A stretch of 64,000 bases of DNA from Desulfocapsa sp. (GTDB lineage Bacteria; Desulfobacterota; Desulfobulbia; Desulfobulbales; Desulfocapsaceae): the NCBI GenBank assembly GCA_030145625.1, contig JAQYVF010000007.1, positions 22,607 to 86,606 on the forward strand, in the 5' to 3' direction. Both the position numbers and the translations under genes were made by a program. Position 1 is the stretch's first letter; each line of letters begins with the position of its first letter. Below the pieces are notes generated by a model. That model had not been told where the DNA came from and ran no database searches. It saw nothing but the letters and a program-made list of their open reading frames with translations. Below, piece by piece: positions 61,736 to 64,000 of the stretch.

Positions 61736-61749
61736 TTAGGTACACCAAA
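61736..61749. promoter_or_regulatory. DtxR/MntR-type operator
   Basis: TTAGG-TACA-CCAAA overlapping the presumed -10 of a minus-strand TTGACA (61760-61765) promoter. Confidence 0.55.
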
Positions 61750-62017
61750 CTTTATGGACTGTCAACAGATTTATCAAGGTCCTTGTGTCTTTTTTTAGAA
61801 TTTTTTTGGAATGTTAGGTGGGAACATAACGGAGTTGCTGATTAAGTTTCTTGTGTTTAGAAAGCATATCAGTCACTATAATTCTATCGGAGAGAAAGGA
61901 ATTCGAGAAAAGAGATCTTTTGTTGTCTTGTTTCATGAATACTCAAAGAGATAAGCGTAACTCTTTGAGTAACTTTTCACAGGCTAGATACGTTGCAATC
62001 GTTGGAGGTTCATATCT

Positions 62018-63241
62018 GTGAAGGAGAAGAGAGTTACTGCGGCATCATCAACGCTACGTGATGATGCCATGCCTCATAAACAATCTCAAAGAAAATTGGC
62101 TGCCGCCAGAAAACAGGCAGCTATTTCCATTTTACTGAACCTTTTTCTTGCACTCGGCAAGGGAATAGCCGGGATTCTGTCCGGTTCTGCTGCTCTGCTT
62201 GGTGATGCTATCCATTCCGCCACCGATGTCTTTGCCTCAGTTGCCGTATTCGTCGGTATTTGGGTGGCAGGACATGAGCACCCTTCCTTTCCGTATGGAC
62301 TCTATAAGGCAGAAACAGTTGCCGCTTTGATTACCTCCATTGCAGTTATTCTTGCCGGTTATGAGATAGGACGACAGGCAATATTCGGTGTTTCCGGACT
62401 TCCTGATGTTAGAATTGCTTTACCTGTTGCCAGCATTTCTCTTGTGATTGCTCTGGGGTTTGGAATTTTTCAGTTACGTGCCGGGAAGAGATTGGATTCC
62501 CCTGCACTTATCGCAGATGCCCGTGACTACCTTGCCGATTCCCTCTCCACCGCCGTGGTGCTCATCAGTCTGCTGGTTGTTCCCTTAGGCTATAACGTGG
62601 ATCGACTCGCAGCCGGGATTGTATGTCTCTTTGTTTTTTATGCAGGTGGACAGCTGTTTATTGGAGCCTTGAAAGATCTCCTGGATGCCTCAATCGATAG
62701 AGAGACAGAACGAGAAATAATAGGTTTTGTGGAGGAACACCCAAGAATCATACGTGTTAAAAAATGTTTCAGCAGAAAGGCAGGAGGTCGTTTTCTGCTG
62801 GACATGGATGTGGTTCTGCACACACCTTCCCATAAAGTGGCAGATCTGGTTGCAGATCGTTTAGAAAAAGAATTGTTACACCGTTATCCCAGGCTTATTC
62901 TTGCCCGTATCCGGCCCCATTATTCTCCGGGACAGTTTATACGAAGAGTCACTCCGGTGGAAAGCCCTAAAGGAGAATTAAGTTTTCATCTTGCTACCGC
63001 CCCATGGTTTCTCGTTGAAGTCATGCTAACTGAGACCAGAGAAGTAAAAAGGCGCCAGTTTGTAGAAAATCGGTATAAAGATGCGAAAAAGAGAAAAGGA
63101 CTGTTGGTTGGACGCTTGTTGCTGAAATTGAAACCGGACGAGGTTGTGGCAGAGGATAAGGAGAGTGTCGCGGTAATATTACTCAAAGAAGCAGGAGTTG
63201 ATATGGTTCAGCCTTCTTCGCTAACCTCAACGATGATATGA
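62018..63241 (+). CDS. Cation diffusion facilitator with C-terminal NifB/NifX-like domain
   Basis: GSAALLGDAIHSATD, FPYGLYKAE, SPALIADARDYLADS; C-terminal HLATAPWF..EN. Confidence 0.9.
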   Translation: MKEKRVTAASSTLRDDAMPHKQSQRKLAAARKQAAISILLNLFLALGKGIAGILSGSAALLGDAIHSATDVFASVAVFVGIWVAGHEHPSFPYGLYKAETVAALITSIAVILAGYEIGRQAIFGVSGLPDVRIALPVASISLVIALGFGIFQLRAGKRLDSPALIADARDYLADSLSTAVVLISLLVVPLGYNVDRLAAGIVCLFVFYAGGQLFIGALKDLLDASIDRETEREIIGFVEEHPRIIRVKKCFSRKAGGRFLLDMDVVLHTPSHKVADLVADRLEKELLHRYPRLILARIRPHYSPGQFIRRVTPVESPKGELSFHLATAPWFLVEVMLTETREVKRRQFVENRYKDAKKRKGLLVGRLLLKLKPDEVVAEDKESVAVILLKEAGVDMVQPSSLTSTMI

Positions 63242-63450
63242 TCAGCCTCGTTGTTACGCAGGGTCAGTGTTCCCCCCATGACTCGTAAGGCTACAGGATC
63301 ATAGAGTGGTGCCCGCCCTTGAATGGTGATTTTAGTACCTGGAACAATACCCATCTCTCGAATTCTTCTCCCCAGCTCACCGCTGACCTTAACGGCCTTG
63401 ATAATGCCGGACTGGTTTTTTTTCATCAGTCGCAGATTTACTTCTACCAT
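63208..63450 (-). CDS. feoA: Ferrous iron transport protein A
   Basis: RRIREMGIVPG..RAPLYDPV..LTLRNNEA; GGAGAG SD. Confidence 0.93.
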   Translation of the reverse strand: MVEVNLRLMKKNQSGIIKAVKVSGELGRRIREMGIVPGTKITIQGRAPLYDPVALRVMGGTLTLRNNEADHIIVEVSEEG

Positions 63451-63568
63451 GCTCTCTCCATCCCGTAAAAAAAGGCTACTGGCCCGAATTGACAGGGGTC
63501 TTCAAGGTTACATATTTTAGACTACGTTCTTCAAACGTTTTCGGGATCAGGTATTATTGATCAAGGGC

Positions 63569-63597
63569 GTTATAGTCCTGTCCTACTCCTCTGTCAA
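63569..63597 (-). promoter_or_regulatory. Sigma70-type promoter for feoA
   Basis: Minus strand TTGACA-N17-TATAAC. Confidence 0.7.
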
Positions 63598-63825
63598 GGA
63601 GCTTCGAGAGTTGCCGGATAATACTCTCTTCTGCTTGTTTTTAGTACCAGTCTTGCCTTGTTCTGCAAAGATTATCATTGGATTTTATTTAATCTGCCGG
63701 GGTTTCAGATTGATGCTTCGCTTGCTACGATACTTTTCAGATTTGCATTTCTTTCTTTTTCTAGTATTAATCCAATGAGGTGTCGCTGACTTACCTCAAC
63801 TATTTATCTGCAGGATTATTCCATT

Positions 63826-64000
63826 ATGTCAAAACACTTCAAATTCACTCGAATGGAACTCGCGGGCTCGCTCGGAGATCTAGGTACGTTGCTTCCGCTG
63901 GCGGTTGGCATGATTATGATCAACAATCTTAATCCTGTTGGAATCTTTATTGGTGTGGGATTGTTTTATGTTTTCTCTGGTCTCTACTTTAAAGTGACCT
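63826..64000 (+). CDS. Putative sulfate/molybdate transporter (MOT1-like), 5' part only
   Basis: MSKHFKFTRMELAGSLGDLGTLLPL..GLFYVFSGLYF; runs off the window. Confidence 0.8.
   Translation, partial: MSKHFKFTRMELAGSLGDLGTLLPLAVGMIMINNLNPVGIFIGVGLFYVFSGLYFKVT

Overview
Gene-dense, mostly chromosomal-backbone window from an anaerobic deltaproteobacterium. Gene content and protein similarity suggest Desulfobacterota, probably Desulfobulbales (inference, not a database result). From left to right: a minus-strand GntR/FadR regulator-MBL hydrolase-TRAP transporter-glycerate kinase unit; an AT-rich accessory patch (Tat-exported papain-like protease, flavin oxidoreductases, methyltransferase, PilZ protein); uvrB, a CobB/DsrN-type amidase, a 7Fe-type ferredoxin, alr, argS, an ArgA-type GNAT and secA; two tandem ppk2 genes, cls, argJ and a coupled CYTH-like/CHAD + ParA pair; apbE-nqrABCDEF plus an NqrM-like ORF; avtA, a MORN protein and an M20 amidohydrolase-YbdK-GGT trio; a sigma54 regulon (candidate sRNA, Gly-rich secreted proteins, Spy/ZraP-like protein, DUF4405 protein, HK/RR); a cobalamin riboswitch; and feoA/feoB interrupted by an opposite-strand CDF transporter. 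The most notable signals are: (i) an orphan ParA translationally coupled to a polyphosphate-binding CHAD protein near tandem PPK2 genes, a candidate polyP-granule positioning system; (ii) a cobalamin riboswitch carrying a MITE in its variable arm whose only downstream ORF is a 30-aa peptide; (iii) an unannotated sigma54-type sRNA candidate with an anti-Shine-Dalgarno/anti-AUG tract. No rRNA, tRNA, CRISPR array, transposase or prophage was recognised.
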